Assembly (NCBI GenBank): GCA_964557115.1
Contig: CAZKYO010000015.1
Span: 1,063 to 65,062 of the forward strand
Origin: an uncultured Gemmatimonadaceae bacterium
GTDB lineage: Bacteria; Gemmatimonadota; Gemmatimonadetes; Gemmatimonadales; GWC2-71-9
Length of the DNA stretch: 64,000 nucleotides
Direction of reading: 5' to 3'
A model generated the notes under the pieces. The model was not told the DNA's origin and did not search any database. It saw only the letters and a program-made list of their open reading frames with translations. Every line of letters begins with the position of its first letter. Positions within the stretch are counted from its first letter, which is position 1. Both the position numbers and the translations under genes were made by a program. Shown one piece after another: positions 16,459-25,662 of the stretch.

Positions 16459-18549
16459 ATGATGCATTCAGGCAATGAACAGATGCACAGGCACGATCAC
16501 TCCCGGGGCGGCCCGCGGCAGGCCGACGGCGGAGCCGTCTCCGGCCACGACCATGCGTCGCCCGGGCACGGCGGCGGGCATGACAAGCACGCCGGCCATT
16601 CGCCGGCGATGTTTCGCGACCGGTTCTGGCTGTCGTTGTTGATGACCCTGCCGGTGGTCTACTGGTCGGAGCATGTCCAGGAGCTGCTCGGCTATCGCGC
16701 GGTCGCCGTGCCGGGCGCGGCCTGGATCGGGCCGGTGCTCGCCACGGCGGTGTTCCTGTACGGCGGCCTGGTCTTCCTGCAGGGCGCGGTGCACGAGCTT
16801 CGGAACCGGCTGCCCGGGATGATGACGCTCATTTCCCTGGCCATCACGGTCGCCTTCGTCTTCAGCTGGACCGTGCAGCTCGGGGTGATCGCCGCTGGGG
16901 CACTGTGGTGGGAGCTCGCCACGCTGGTGACGATCATGCTGCTCGGTCACTGGATCGAGATGCGATCGATCAACCAGGCCCAGGGGGCACTCAAGGAACT
17001 GGCGAAGCTGCTGCCGGACAGCGCCACCCGTCTCGTGGACGACCACGAGGAAGAGGTGCCGGTGGCCGAGCTGCGAGCCGGCGACCTGGTGCTGATCCGG
17101 CCGGGGCAGGCGATCCCCGCTGACGGGCTCGTTCGCCGGGGCACCAGCCAGGTGAACGAGGCGATGATCACCGGCGAATCACGACCGGTGACGAAGCGCG
17201 ACGGGTCTACGGTCACGGCCGGCACCGTCAATGGCGAGGGGTCACTCCGGGTCGAGGTGACGGGAGCCGGCGAACAGACCCGCCTCTCGGGCATCATGCG
17301 CCTGGTGGCCCAGGCGCAGCAATCGAAGTCTCGTGCCCAGGCGCTCGCCGATCGCGCGGCCCAGTGGCTCACCGCGATCGCCATCGTGGCGGCCCTTCTG
17401 ACGCTCGCGGCATGGCAGCTCCAGGGTGCGGCGATCGACTTTGCCGTGGTGCGGATGGTCACGGTGCTCGTCATCGCCTGCCCCCATGCCCTCGGGCTCG
17501 CGGTGCCGCTGGTGGTGGCGATCTCCACCACGCTGGGGGCCCGCAACGGCCTCCTGGTTCGTGACCGGCGCGGACTCGAGGAGGCGCGCCTCCTCGATGC
17601 GGTGATCTTCGACAAGACCGGGACGCTCACGCTGGGCGAGTTCCGGGTGGTCGATCTTGCCGTCTCCGATGGCGTTGATCCTGACGAAGCGCTGGGCGTC
17701 GCCGCGGCCATCGAGGCGGAATCCGAGCACCCGATCGCGCGCGGCATCGTGAAGACCGCCGAGGAGCGGGGCATTGCCAGGCGGGAGGCCACCAGGTTCC
17801 GGAACCTCACCGGCCGTGGCGTCACCGCGGCGGTGGAGGGGACGGCGTACCTGCTTGGCGGCCCATCGCTGCTGCGGAGCGAGACGGTCGAGGTCCCGGC
17901 CGATCTGCAGGCGGCGGGGCGCCGGGCGGAGCAGCGAGGCCAGGCCGCAATTCACCTGGTCCGGGACGGCCGCTCGATCGCCCTGTTCACCGTGGCCGAC
18001 GCCATCCGGGAGGAGAGCCGGGCAGCGGTCGAGGCGCTCCACGCGCGGGGGATCGAGGTTGCGATGCTGACCGGCGACGCCCGCGCCGTGGCCGATGCCG
18101 TGGCGGCCGAGCTGGGGATCGACACGGTGTTTGCGGAGGTCCTGCCCGAAGAGAAGGCCGCCAAGGTGCAGGAACTGCAGGCGGCCGGCAAGCGGGTGGC
18201 GATGGTCGGGGACGGGGTCAATGATGCCCCGGCGCTGGCAACCGCGGATCTCGGCATCGCGATCGGTGCCGGCGCCGATGTGGCAGTCGAGGCCGGGCAC
18301 ATCGTCCTCGTCCGGTCCGACCCGCGGGACATCCCCCGGATCGTGTCGCTGTCCCGAGCAACCTACCGCAAGATGGTCCAGAATCTCTGGTGGGCCACCG
18401 GCTACAACATCATCGCGATTCCGCTCGCCGCCGGCGTGCTCGCGAGCAGGAACGTGCTCCTCACCCCGGCGATGGGAGCGGTGCTGATGAGTCTCAGCAC
18501 AGTGGTGGTGGCGATCAACGCGCAGCTGCTGCGACGAGTGCCGCTTTGA
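16459..18549 (+). CDS. copB: Copper-translocating P1B-type ATPase, CopB-like (His-rich N-terminus, CPH motif)
   Basis: TGES, CPH (VIACPHALG), DKTGTLT and GDGVNDAPAL motifs. N-terminal HRHDHS...GHDHASPGHGGGHDKHAGH. ORF trimmed to the ATG at 16459. Confidence 0.88.
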   Translation: MMHSGNEQMHRHDHSRGGPRQADGGAVSGHDHASPGHGGGHDKHAGHSPAMFRDRFWLSLLMTLPVVYWSEHVQELLGYRAVAVPGAAWIGPVLATAVFLYGGLVFLQGAVHELRNRLPGMMTLISLAITVAFVFSWTVQLGVIAAGALWWELATLVTIMLLGHWIEMRSINQAQGALKELAKLLPDSATRLVDDHEEEVPVAELRAGDLVLIRPGQAIPADGLVRRGTSQVNEAMITGESRPVTKRDGSTVTAGTVNGEGSLRVEVTGAGEQTRLSGIMRLVAQAQQSKSRAQALADRAAQWLTAIAIVAALLTLAAWQLQGAAIDFAVVRMVTVLVIACPHALGLAVPLVVAISTTLGARNGLLVRDRRGLEEARLLDAVIFDKTGTLTLGEFRVVDLAVSDGVDPDEALGVAAAIEAESEHPIARGIVKTAEERGIARREATRFRNLTGRGVTAAVEGTAYLLGGPSLLRSETVEVPADLQAAGRRAEQRGQAAIHLVRDGRSIALFTVADAIREESRAAVEALHARGIEVAMLTGDARAVADAVAAELGIDTVFAEVLPEEKAAKVQELQAAGKRVAMVGDGVNDAPALATADLGIAIGAGADVAVEAGHIVLVRSDPRDIPRIVSLSRATYRKMVQNLWWATGYNIIAIPLAAGVLASRNVLLTPAMGAVLMSLSTVVVAINAQLLRRVPL

Positions 18550-18570
18550 CGGACGATCGGCGGTCGACCG

Positions 18571-19041
18571 TTATCCACCGGTGGTCCTGAGGGTCCGCCA
18601 CGACCAGTGGATCGCGCGGATCGTCCACCCCGTCCCCGTGCGCGACAGCACCATCAGTTCCACTCCGGCAGAGCGCACGGCCCGCCCCCGGAAGGTCCCC
18701 TCCGTGGTGCTGGTCGCGGCGGCCCATGCCACGTCGCCGACGATCGTGATCGCCGTCGGGGTGCGCACGGAGGGTATCGCCTGGACGAACGCGATGTCAC
18801 TGGCCAGGTGATGCGCACGGTACTCGGCGACGGTCTCCTGATCGCCGGACTCCAGCACGATGGCATCGGGTGCGAGCAGCGCGAGTACCGCGCTCGAGTC
18901 GCCCCGAGCGAGGCCGGCGTGGAAGGAGGCGACGGTGGCCGCCACGGCCACGGAGTCCCTGGCGTGTGACTGGGTCACCGCCGGAGCCGCGTGGAGGAAG
19001 CAACACGCAGTGAGCATCACGATGCCACGAGTGGTCATCAT
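18571..19041 (-). CDS. SnoaL-like/NTF2-fold (DUF4440-like) secreted protein
   Basis: ORF trimmed to MMTTRG (19041). Signal-like N-terminus, then a pattern typical of NTF2-like domains (FHAGLARGDSSAVLALLAPDAIVLESG...WTIRAIHWS). Confidence 0.5.
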   Translation of the reverse strand: MMTTRGIVMLTACCFLHAAPAVTQSHARDSVAVAATVASFHAGLARGDSSAVLALLAPDAIVLESGDQETVAEYRAHHLASDIAFVQAIPSVRTPTAITIVGDVAWAAATSTTEGTFRGRAVRSAGVELMVLSRTGTGWTIRAIHWSWRTLRTTGG

Positions 19042-19147
19042 CGGGTCCGGATCAGGGTGAATAGGGTGCGCCGAGCAGTGGTGCTCGGCGGGCAACACGA
19101 CGCGACCATGCACGTCTCGATCGGCGGGAGGCGCCGCGATGCGCCCG

Positions 19148-20953
19148 TCACGTCATCCCGTGCTCCAGCCACGCGTGCTCGCCCGCGAGCACGCGCTGCG
19201 CGGTCCGCCAGGTCGCCACGTCGTCGGGACCGAAGGCGTCGCGGAAGAGGTGGTCGACGCGACGTCGCGCATGGCGGCAAAAGAGGTCGGCCAGCTCCGC
19301 CGCCTCGGCGTTGCCCTCGCGGCCCAGCGCCGTGGCGCGGCTCACGGTCGCGCTCATCGCGAACAGCTCGGCGCCGATGTCCACCAGCCGGAACAGCACT
19401 GACTGCCGCTTCTCCAGCTTCGGTCCGAATCGCACCATCGCATGGAAGAGTGTCCGCGCCAGCTTGCGCGAGCGGCGGGCGACGAAGCGTAGGTGGGCGC
19501 CGTTGCGCCCGTGCGCGCCGAATCCCGACGCACGGAACGGCCACCAGAGCGCCGGGTACCAGCGCAGGTAGAACGCCGCCGACCGGAGCAGCGCCCGGCG
19601 CTTGTCGGCCGCCCCCGCCTTGGAATCGATCAGCGCCCCCGCGACCGACAGGTGGGTGTCCACCGCCTCGCGCGCGATGAAGAGCCGCATGATCTCGCTC
19701 GAGCCCTCGAAGATCCGGTTGATCCGGTTGTCGCGATACATCCGCTCCACCGGGTCCGGGCGCTCGCCGCGCCGTCGCAGCGAGTCGGCCGTCTCGTACC
19801 CGCGTCCGCCCCGGATCTGCAGGCAGTCGTCGATGATGCGATCGGCCATCTCGGTGTTCCACAGCTTGGCGATCGCCGCCTCGAGGCGGATGTCGGCGTC
19901 ACCGCGATCGGCCAGCAGCGAAGCCAGGTCGCTCACCGCCTCCATCGCGAAGGTGTCGGCGGCCATCCGGCCCAGCATCTGGGCGACGGCGTCGTGCCGC
20001 CCGATCGGCTGCCCCCATTGCACCCGTTCGGCCGCCCACGTGCGGGCGATCTGCACCGCCCGCTTGCAACCGGCCGCCGCCGAGGCGGGCAGCGTCAACC
20101 GTCCCGTGTTGAGCGTCGTGAGCGCGAGCTTGAGGCCCTTGCCCTCGCCCCAGAGGATGTTCTCGGCGGGCACCCGGACGTCGGTGAAGCGAAGCACGCC
20201 GTTCTCGATCGCACGGAGCCCCATGAACTCGAGCCGATGGACCAGCTCGACGCCGGGCCAGTCGGTCTCGACGATGAACGCCGTGATGCGCTTGCCGGTC
20301 CGCGCCATCACGACCATCACGCCGGCCACCGGTCCGTTGGTGCACCAGAGCTTCTCGCCGTTCAGGATCCAGTGGCGGCCGTCCTCGCTCGGCTCGGCCC
20401 GGGTCACCAGGCCGGCCGGGTCGGAGCCCACCCCGGTCTCGGTGAGTGCAAACGCGCTGATCTCGCCCGCGGCGATGCGGGGCAGGTAGCGTCGCTTCTG
20501 CTCCTCGGTGCCGAAGAGGAGCAGCGGCACCGAGACCCCGATCGACTGGCTCGCCGAGAGCAGCGCGGTCAGCGAGCCGTCCTGCGAGGTGACCAGGCCG
20601 ATGGCGCGCGTGTACATCAGCTGGCTCAGGCCGAGTCCGCCGTACTCGCGGGGAATCTTGATGCCGAAGGCGCCGAGGGCCCTGAGCCCCTCCACGACCG
20701 CTTCGGGCACCTTGCCGGCACGGTCGATCGCATCGCTGTCGACCTCCTCGCGCAGGAAGCGGCCGAGCGCCTCGAGGAACGGCGTCGCCCGGGCCACGTC
20801 GTCGGCCGACGGGGCGGGGAACGGATCGATCCGCTCGAGCCGGAGGCGGCCCTCGAACAGCTCGCGCACGAAGCTGGGCGCGGTCCATTCCTGTTCACGC
20901 GCCGCTTCGGCGACCGCGCGCGCCTCGGCCTCGGTGGGGGTGGTCGAGGTCAT
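19148..20953 (-). CDS. Acyl-CoA dehydrogenase (long form with C-terminal helical extension)
   Basis: Trimmed from the 749-aa ORF to the ATG at 20953, which forms an ATGA overlap with the tetR stop. ACAD segments [32 protein letters not shown] and IFEGSSEIM. Confidence 0.85.
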   Translation of the reverse strand: MTSTTPTEAEARAVAEAAREQEWTAPSFVRELFEGRLRLERIDPFPAPSADDVARATPFLEALGRFLREEVDSDAIDRAGKVPEAVVEGLRALGAFGIKIPREYGGLGLSQLMYTRAIGLVTSQDGSLTALLSASQSIGVSVPLLLFGTEEQKRRYLPRIAAGEISAFALTETGVGSDPAGLVTRAEPSEDGRHWILNGEKLWCTNGPVAGVMVVMARTGKRITAFIVETDWPGVELVHRLEFMGLRAIENGVLRFTDVRVPAENILWGEGKGLKLALTTLNTGRLTLPASAAAGCKRAVQIARTWAAERVQWGQPIGRHDAVAQMLGRMAADTFAMEAVSDLASLLADRGDADIRLEAAIAKLWNTEMADRIIDDCLQIRGGRGYETADSLRRRGERPDPVERMYRDNRINRIFEGSSEIMRLFIAREAVDTHLSVAGALIDSKAGAADKRRALLRSAAFYLRWYPALWWPFRASGFGAHGRNGAHLRFVARRSRKLARTLFHAMVRFGPKLEKRQSVLFRLVDIGAELFAMSATVSRATALGREGNAEAAELADLFCRHARRRVDHLFRDAFGPDDVATWRTAQRVLAGEHAWLEHGMT

Positions 20954-21597
20954 CGTGCCCCCGGGCGGCGCACCGGCAGCGCCGCCGTGAGGAGTGCCGT
21001 GATGTGGCGCTTGCGCTGGGTCAGGTACCCGGGGGATTCGGGCTCGAGGCCGAGTGCCGGCACCAGCGAGTCCTTGTGCAGCTCGGGGAACCAGGTCAGC
21101 GCGACGAGGGAGAGGACGAGGTGGCGGATCGCGGATCGGGCCGCGACGGGATAGCCGAGTTGCTCCGCGAGCGCGGCGACCGCCTCCGCGCCCAGGGCGA
21201 ACCCTTCGGGCCGGGACGGGTCGGCAGGGCCGAGTCCGAGCGCCTCCCAGTGCAGCAACCGGACGAAGTTCGGGTGCGCCGACACGAAGTCGATGTACTC
21301 GCTCACCGCGCCGGCGAGCACCTCGACCGGCGGCTTGCCGCTCCGTTCCGCGCGCAGCTTGCCGCTCCGGACCGCATCGAGGGCATCCGCGAAGCACCTG
21401 GCGATCACGGCACGGTAGAGCCCGTGCTTCGAGACGAAGAAGTAGCCGGGCGAGCCGCGGGAGAGCCCGGCGGCATGGCCGACGTCGGCCATCGTGGTGT
21501 CGGCGTAGCCGCGCTCGGCGAACATCGCTTCGGCGGCCTCGAGGATGGCGGTGCGCGAGCGCTCGGCATCGCGGGTCTTGACGGGCTTGCGGGACAC
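20950..21597 (-). CDS. TetR/AcrR family transcriptional regulator
   Basis: N-terminal [49 protein letters not shown] start with a strong GGGAGG SD. Translationally coupled to the ACAD gene. Confidence 0.85.
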   Translation of the reverse strand: MSRKPVKTRDAERSRTAILEAAEAMFAERGYADTTMADVGHAAGLSRGSPGYFFVSKHGLYRAVIARCFADALDAVRSGKLRAERSGKPPVEVLAGAVSEYIDFVSAHPNFVRLLHWEALGLGPADPSRPEGFALGAEAVAALAEQLGYPVAARSAIRHLVLSLVALTWFPELHKDSLVPALGLEPESPGYLTQRKRHITALLTAALPVRRPGAR

Positions 21598-21608
21598 GGA
21601 AGCCTCCC

Positions 21609-21630
21609 TAGCTTGGCTATAAGCAAGCTA
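21609..21630. promoter_or_regulatory. Near-perfect 22-bp palindrome TAGCTTGGCTATAAGCAAGCTA, candidate TetR operator
   Basis: 9 of 11 positions pair. It lies directly upstream of the tetR SD and GTG, in the most AT-rich stretch of the local region. Confidence 0.45.
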
Positions 21631-21665
21631 TTTCCGGATCGTCCAGCGCGGTAGGGCCCGGTGCC

Positions 21666-21728
21666 CCTCCAGCCTCGCCCCTCGCCTGTCGCCGGTCGCT
21701 TGTCGCCTGTCGCCTGTCGCCTGTCGCC
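21666..21728. repeat. Nine tandem heptads (CCTCCAG CCTCGCC x2 TGTCGCC GGTCGCT TGTCGCC x4) directly after the kinase stop
   Basis: Seen directly. No inverted partner is evident. Confidence 0.7.
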
Positions 21729-21729
21729 C

Positions 21730-23628
21730 CTACGCCGGCGTCGGGCTCGGCGTGCGGCCGACCAGTCCCCGGACGCCGCGATGGGCGCCGAGATCCTGGA
21801 GCAGCTCCAACTCGAGTTCGCGGGCGTCGTGCAGGTGGCGGGTGAGCTCGCCGGCGGGGGCGGCCTCGCCGGCCAGCCGGAGCAGGACGAGCCGCAGCCG
21901 TTCGAGTGCGCCGAGCGCCTGCTGGCGGTGCCGCTCGAGGCGCTCGCGGAGGTGGAGCTGCTGCTCGGCCAGCTCCGGCGTCAGTGCCTCGAGATGCGCG
22001 AGCGAGGTCCGGACCTCCTCGAGCCGGCGGCGCAATCCGTCGGCCACCATGGGGAGGTCGCCGAGTCCATGACGGGAGCCGGGTGGCAAGGCCCGCCAGA
22101 GGTCACCGATCTGGAGCCCCAGCATGACCTCGGTCGGGCGGTGCAGCGTGGTCTCGGCGCTGTGCTCCGGCAGGCCCAGTGCCGTGCAGCGGTACCACCA
22201 CTCGCCCAGCCGGCTGTGCCAGAACGCGCGCCGGAGCCGCCACCGTCGATCCACCGGCACCTGCTTGCGCCCGGGGACCACGACCCCGAGGCCGCGCAGC
22301 GTCCAGAAGCCGGCCCATGAGAGCGGCAGCACGTAGGGGATCCAACGCCAGACCAGCAGTCGCCAGCCGAACGGCAGGCCGATCGGCGTGCGTCCCTTCG
22401 CGGCAAAGAGGAGCAGTACGACGAGCAGGGCACCAAGGCCGCTGCCGAGCATCCGGATCACGCGACCGGCGGGGCGCGGGGCGATAGGTCCCGCCGCCCG
22501 GCGCTCGTCGAGGCGGCGGTCGAGGGCGAGGCGCAGGTCCTCGATCCGGTAACCGGACCGGGCGGCGCGGCGCGCCGCGCGCCACGCCATGCCGGCTTGC
22601 ACGCTGCCGACCACCAGGGAGATCGCCAGCAGCAACCGGGCACCCCAGGTGACGAACGGCACGGCGTTGCTCATTGCCGCGAGCAATCCAATCGCGCCGA
22701 CGACACCGGCCGACGTGACGGCGAGGGCGTGCAGCGGCCGCACGGATTCGCGGACGGCGACCCAGCGCTCGAGCGGCTCGGCGAGGCCCGCCTGTGCCAG
22801 CTGCCCCTCGAGCTCCGCGAGCCAGGTCTCGACGGTGTGGGGCCGACTGGCCGGGTCCTTGGCCAGCAGTCGCTCGATGGCCCGTGCCAGTCGCCTCGGC
22901 GTGGCCGCGGCGGCGCTGGCGAGCGGCGCGATCGCCTCGCTCACCTGGCGCACGAGCACCCGGGCCGGATCGTCGTCCACAAAGGGCAGCCGGCCGGTCA
23001 GGGCGGTCCAGCCCACCACCCCGAGTGCGTACAGGTCGCTCGCCGTCGACGGCGGCTCACCGTGCACCAGCTCCGGAGCCAGGTAGGCGGGCGTGCCGAC
23101 CAATGGTCCCGCCTCGCCCTCGCGCTCGACCGCGATGCCGAAGTCGCACAGCAGCGCGCGGCCGGTGCGCCGGTCGAGGAGGATGTTGTCGACCGTCACG
23201 TCGCGGTGCAGGACGCCGGCCGCATGGGCGGCGCCGAGCGCCCAGCCCACCTCGCGGAGGATCCGCTCGGCCTCGGCGGCGGGGAGCGGTCCCTCGCGGC
23301 GGAGCCGCACGCCGAGCGATTCGCCGTCGACGAGGCCCATCACGAAGAAGACCAGGTCGTCGCGTTCGACGACGTCGTAGATCGGCACGATGTGGGGATG
23401 AGTCAGTCGCGCGCCGGTCCGCGCCTCGCGGAGGAACCGCGCCCGCTGCTCGGGATCGGCCGCGAGCGCCGGATCGAGCAGCTTGATGGCGACGGGCCGG
23501 TCGAGCGCCACATCCCGGGCGAGGTAGACGGTGCCCATCCCGCCCCTGCCGATGGCGCGTTCGATCGACCACGTCCCGGCGACCGCGGCCTGCAGCGCGG
23601 CAAACGCGAGCGCGTCGGTGTCGCTCAC
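21730..23628 (-). CDS. Membrane Ser/Thr protein kinase (Hanks type, atypical HRDVTVDN loop), paralogue 2
   Basis: GRGGMGTVY, VAIK, HRDVTVDN, DFG and APE motifs, then about 4 TM helices and a helical C-terminal domain. GTG at 23628 forms a GTGA overlap with the upstream kinase stop. The 771-aa ORF was trimmed. Confidence 0.8.
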   Translation of the reverse strand: MSDTDALAFAALQAAVAGTWSIERAIGRGGMGTVYLARDVALDRPVAIKLLDPALAADPEQRARFLREARTGARLTHPHIVPIYDVVERDDLVFFVMGLVDGESLGVRLRREGPLPAAEAERILREVGWALGAAHAAGVLHRDVTVDNILLDRRTGRALLCDFGIAVEREGEAGPLVGTPAYLAPELVHGEPPSTASDLYALGVVGWTALTGRLPFVDDDPARVLVRQVSEAIAPLASAAAATPRRLARAIERLLAKDPASRPHTVETWLAELEGQLAQAGLAEPLERWVAVRESVRPLHALAVTSAGVVGAIGLLAAMSNAVPFVTWGARLLLAISLVVGSVQAGMAWRAARRAARSGYRIEDLRLALDRRLDERRAAGPIAPRPAGRVIRMLGSGLGALLVVLLLFAAKGRTPIGLPFGWRLLVWRWIPYVLPLSWAGFWTLRGLGVVVPGRKQVPVDRRWRLRRAFWHSRLGEWWYRCTALGLPEHSAETTLHRPTEVMLGLQIGDLWRALPPGSRHGLGDLPMVADGLRRRLEEVRTSLAHLEALTPELAEQQLHLRERLERHRQQALGALERLRLVLLRLAGEAAPAGELTRHLHDARELELELLQDLGAHRGVRGLVGRTPSPTPA

Positions 23629-25571
23629 GCGGTGGCCGGGGTCGGGGTGGGAGTAGGACGGCCGCGGTGCCTGGCGCGACGGTCGAGCAGGCGGCGGACG
23701 GTCGCGTGGCCGGCCAGCTCGCCGAGGAGGGCCTGCTCGAGTTCGCCGGCGCGGGCGAGGTGGCCACCGAGCTCGGCGGTCGGCGCGTGGTCGGCGAGGG
23801 TGCGGAGCAGTTGCAGGCGCAGGTGCTCGAGCGTGGCGATCGTCTCTCGCTGCCGCGCGACGATGGCGGCGTGGCTCTCGCGCACCTGACGCGCCTCGTC
23901 CGGGTCGAAGCGGTCGACATCCGCCGCGGCCTGTTCCAGCCGGTCGGCGAGGTCGCGAAGTTCCTCCGCGGATCGCTGCAGGGTGCGACCGAGGGCGGGG
24001 ACCTGGTCCATTCCCTCGCGCAGGTCGGGCGGCATCGCGCGCCACAAGTCCTCGAGGGCGAGTCCGAGCACCAGTTCAGTGTTCCGGTGGATCGTGCTCG
24101 ACGGTGCCAGCTGCTCCACCTGGCCGATGCTCGCCGCGCGACCGACGACGTTGGCGAGCCGCGAATGCCAGAAGCGCTGCGTGAGGCGCCGGAACCAGCC
24201 GTGCGGCGCCAGGCGGACGCCCGGCGCGACGAGCCCGATGCCGATCCCCGTCATGACGGCGAGGTACACGTTGCTTGCCATGCTCATCAGCACGCTGCGC
24301 GTGACGGTGTACTCGTCCGGAAGGAAGAGCGGCAAGAGTGGCCAGACGATCAGGTACAGCACCGCGAGCGCCACCGCCCCGATCACGGTGAGGTCGAAGA
24401 TCACCCGGCCGGGCAGGGGTGGCAGCCCCTCCTGGTGGTGTTCCCGCTCGAGGCGCGCGATCCAGTGCGACCAGGCGGCACGGATGTCCGCCATCCCGAA
24501 CCCGCGCCCACGCAGGCGGCGCAGCGCGCGGGCCTCGGCGACGAGGTGCAGGCCGATCGGGAGCAGCGTGAAGGTCGCCACGGTGCTCACGGCGGCGGCG
24601 CTCACGAGGCCCGCAATGCCGCTGTTGAAGTAGCCCCAGATGAACAGCCAGGTCTGCATCGCGAGCAGCGGGACCGCGACCGCGTAGATGGTGCGGAAGC
24701 GCTCCCAGCGCTGGAACCACTCGAGCAGCGGCGGGGCGATGGCGACCGGCTCGGGAGCGCGGTCGAGGGCGCCGAGGAGCGCCTGCGCATCGCGTGGCCG
24801 GGCATCGGGGTCCTTGGCGAGGCAGTCGCCGACGACGCGCGCCAGGCGCGGCGAGATTCCCGGCAACTTGCCGTGCAGGTCGGGTGCCGGTTGCACCAGG
24901 TGCTTGGCGAGCAGCTCGGCCGTGGTGTCCGCCGCGAACGGCGGGGACCCTGTCAGGGCAGTGTACGCGATCACCCCGAGCGCGTAGAGGTCGCTGGCCG
25001 GGGCGGCGCCCTCGCCACGGATCACCTCCGGTGCGAGGAAGCCGGGCGTGCCGAAGACCGGGGCGCCCTCGGCGTCGTCTCGCGGCGCCGCGAGGCCGAA
25101 GTCGGCGAGGAGGGCGCGACCACTGCCGCGCTCCAGCAGGACGTTCTCGAGCGAGAGGTCGCGGTGGACCACCCCGCTCTGGTGCGCGTATCCCAGCGCC
25201 CATCCGACCTCGCGCACCACGCGCTCGGCCGCGGCGGAGTCGAGCGGGCCGCGACGCCGGATCCGCGCCCCGAGCGTCTCGCCCTCGACGAGCGCCATCA
25301 CGATCGCGGCGAGCGGTCCCTCGGTGAGCACCGAGTAGATCGGCACGATGTGTGGATGGGCGAGGCGCGCGGCGGTCCGCGCCTCGCCGAGGAACCGCTC
25401 CCGCGCGTCCGGCCGGTCGGCGAGGTCGGCGCGCAGCACCTTGATCGCGACCGGGCGGTCGAGCCGGAGGTCGCGCGCCAGCCAGACGGTGCCCATGCCG
25501 CCGCGCCCGAGTTCGCGCTCGAGCGAGTAGCGGTCGAGCAGCGCCGTCTGCAGCGTCAGGAGGTCGGTCAC
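23625..25571 (-). CDS. Membrane Ser/Thr protein kinase (Hanks type, atypical HRDLSLEN loop), paralogue 1
   Basis: GRGGMGTVW, VAIK, HRDLSLEN, DFG and APE motifs. Same post-kinase architecture as the downstream paralogue. Confidence 0.85.
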   Translation of the reverse strand: MTDLLTLQTALLDRYSLERELGRGGMGTVWLARDLRLDRPVAIKVLRADLADRPDARERFLGEARTAARLAHPHIVPIYSVLTEGPLAAIVMALVEGETLGARIRRRGPLDSAAAERVVREVGWALGYAHQSGVVHRDLSLENVLLERGSGRALLADFGLAAPRDDAEGAPVFGTPGFLAPEVIRGEGAAPASDLYALGVIAYTALTGSPPFAADTTAELLAKHLVQPAPDLHGKLPGISPRLARVVGDCLAKDPDARPRDAQALLGALDRAPEPVAIAPPLLEWFQRWERFRTIYAVAVPLLAMQTWLFIWGYFNSGIAGLVSAAAVSTVATFTLLPIGLHLVAEARALRRLRGRGFGMADIRAAWSHWIARLEREHHQEGLPPLPGRVIFDLTVIGAVALAVLYLIVWPLLPLFLPDEYTVTRSVLMSMASNVYLAVMTGIGIGLVAPGVRLAPHGWFRRLTQRFWHSRLANVVGRAASIGQVEQLAPSSTIHRNTELVLGLALEDLWRAMPPDLREGMDQVPALGRTLQRSAEELRDLADRLEQAAADVDRFDPDEARQVRESHAAIVARQRETIATLEHLRLQLLRTLADHAPTAELGGHLARAGELEQALLGELAGHATVRRLLDRRARHRGRPTPTPTPATA

Positions 25572-25576
25572 GCGAG

Positions 25577-25662
25577 GAGACTCGAGATTCGCGATTCGTG
25601 ATTCGAGGGTGCCGGCGATCGCCCGGGCTCGTCCGCAATTCGCGAATCTCGACTCGCGAATC
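25577..25662. repeat. Heptad-periodic inverted arms (GAGACTC GAGATTC GCGATTC GTGATTC ... GCAATTC GCGAATC TCGACTC GCGAATC) flanking a GGCGATCGCC palindrome
   Basis: Seen directly between the queF stop and the kinase start. The arms are roughly reverse-complementary. Confidence 0.7.

Noticed and set aside
20954-21397. N-terminal 148-aa extension of the acyl-CoA dehydrogenase ORF (749-aa version). The same problem applies to the ORF-track starts at 4385, 6241, 8511, 16357, 24045, 42747, 44396, 54002 and 57614.
   Set aside because: The extensions are Arg/Pro-rich, overlap the neighbouring real gene, and an internal start produces a typical ATGA/GTGA stop-start overlap and a native-looking N-terminus.
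25612-25621. The GGCGATCGCC palindrome, which contains the cyanobacterial HIP1 core GCGATCGC.
   Set aside because: It is a single occurrence in this context. Such GC palindromes arise easily in GC-rich DNA, and there is no evidence of HIP1-like over-representation in the window.
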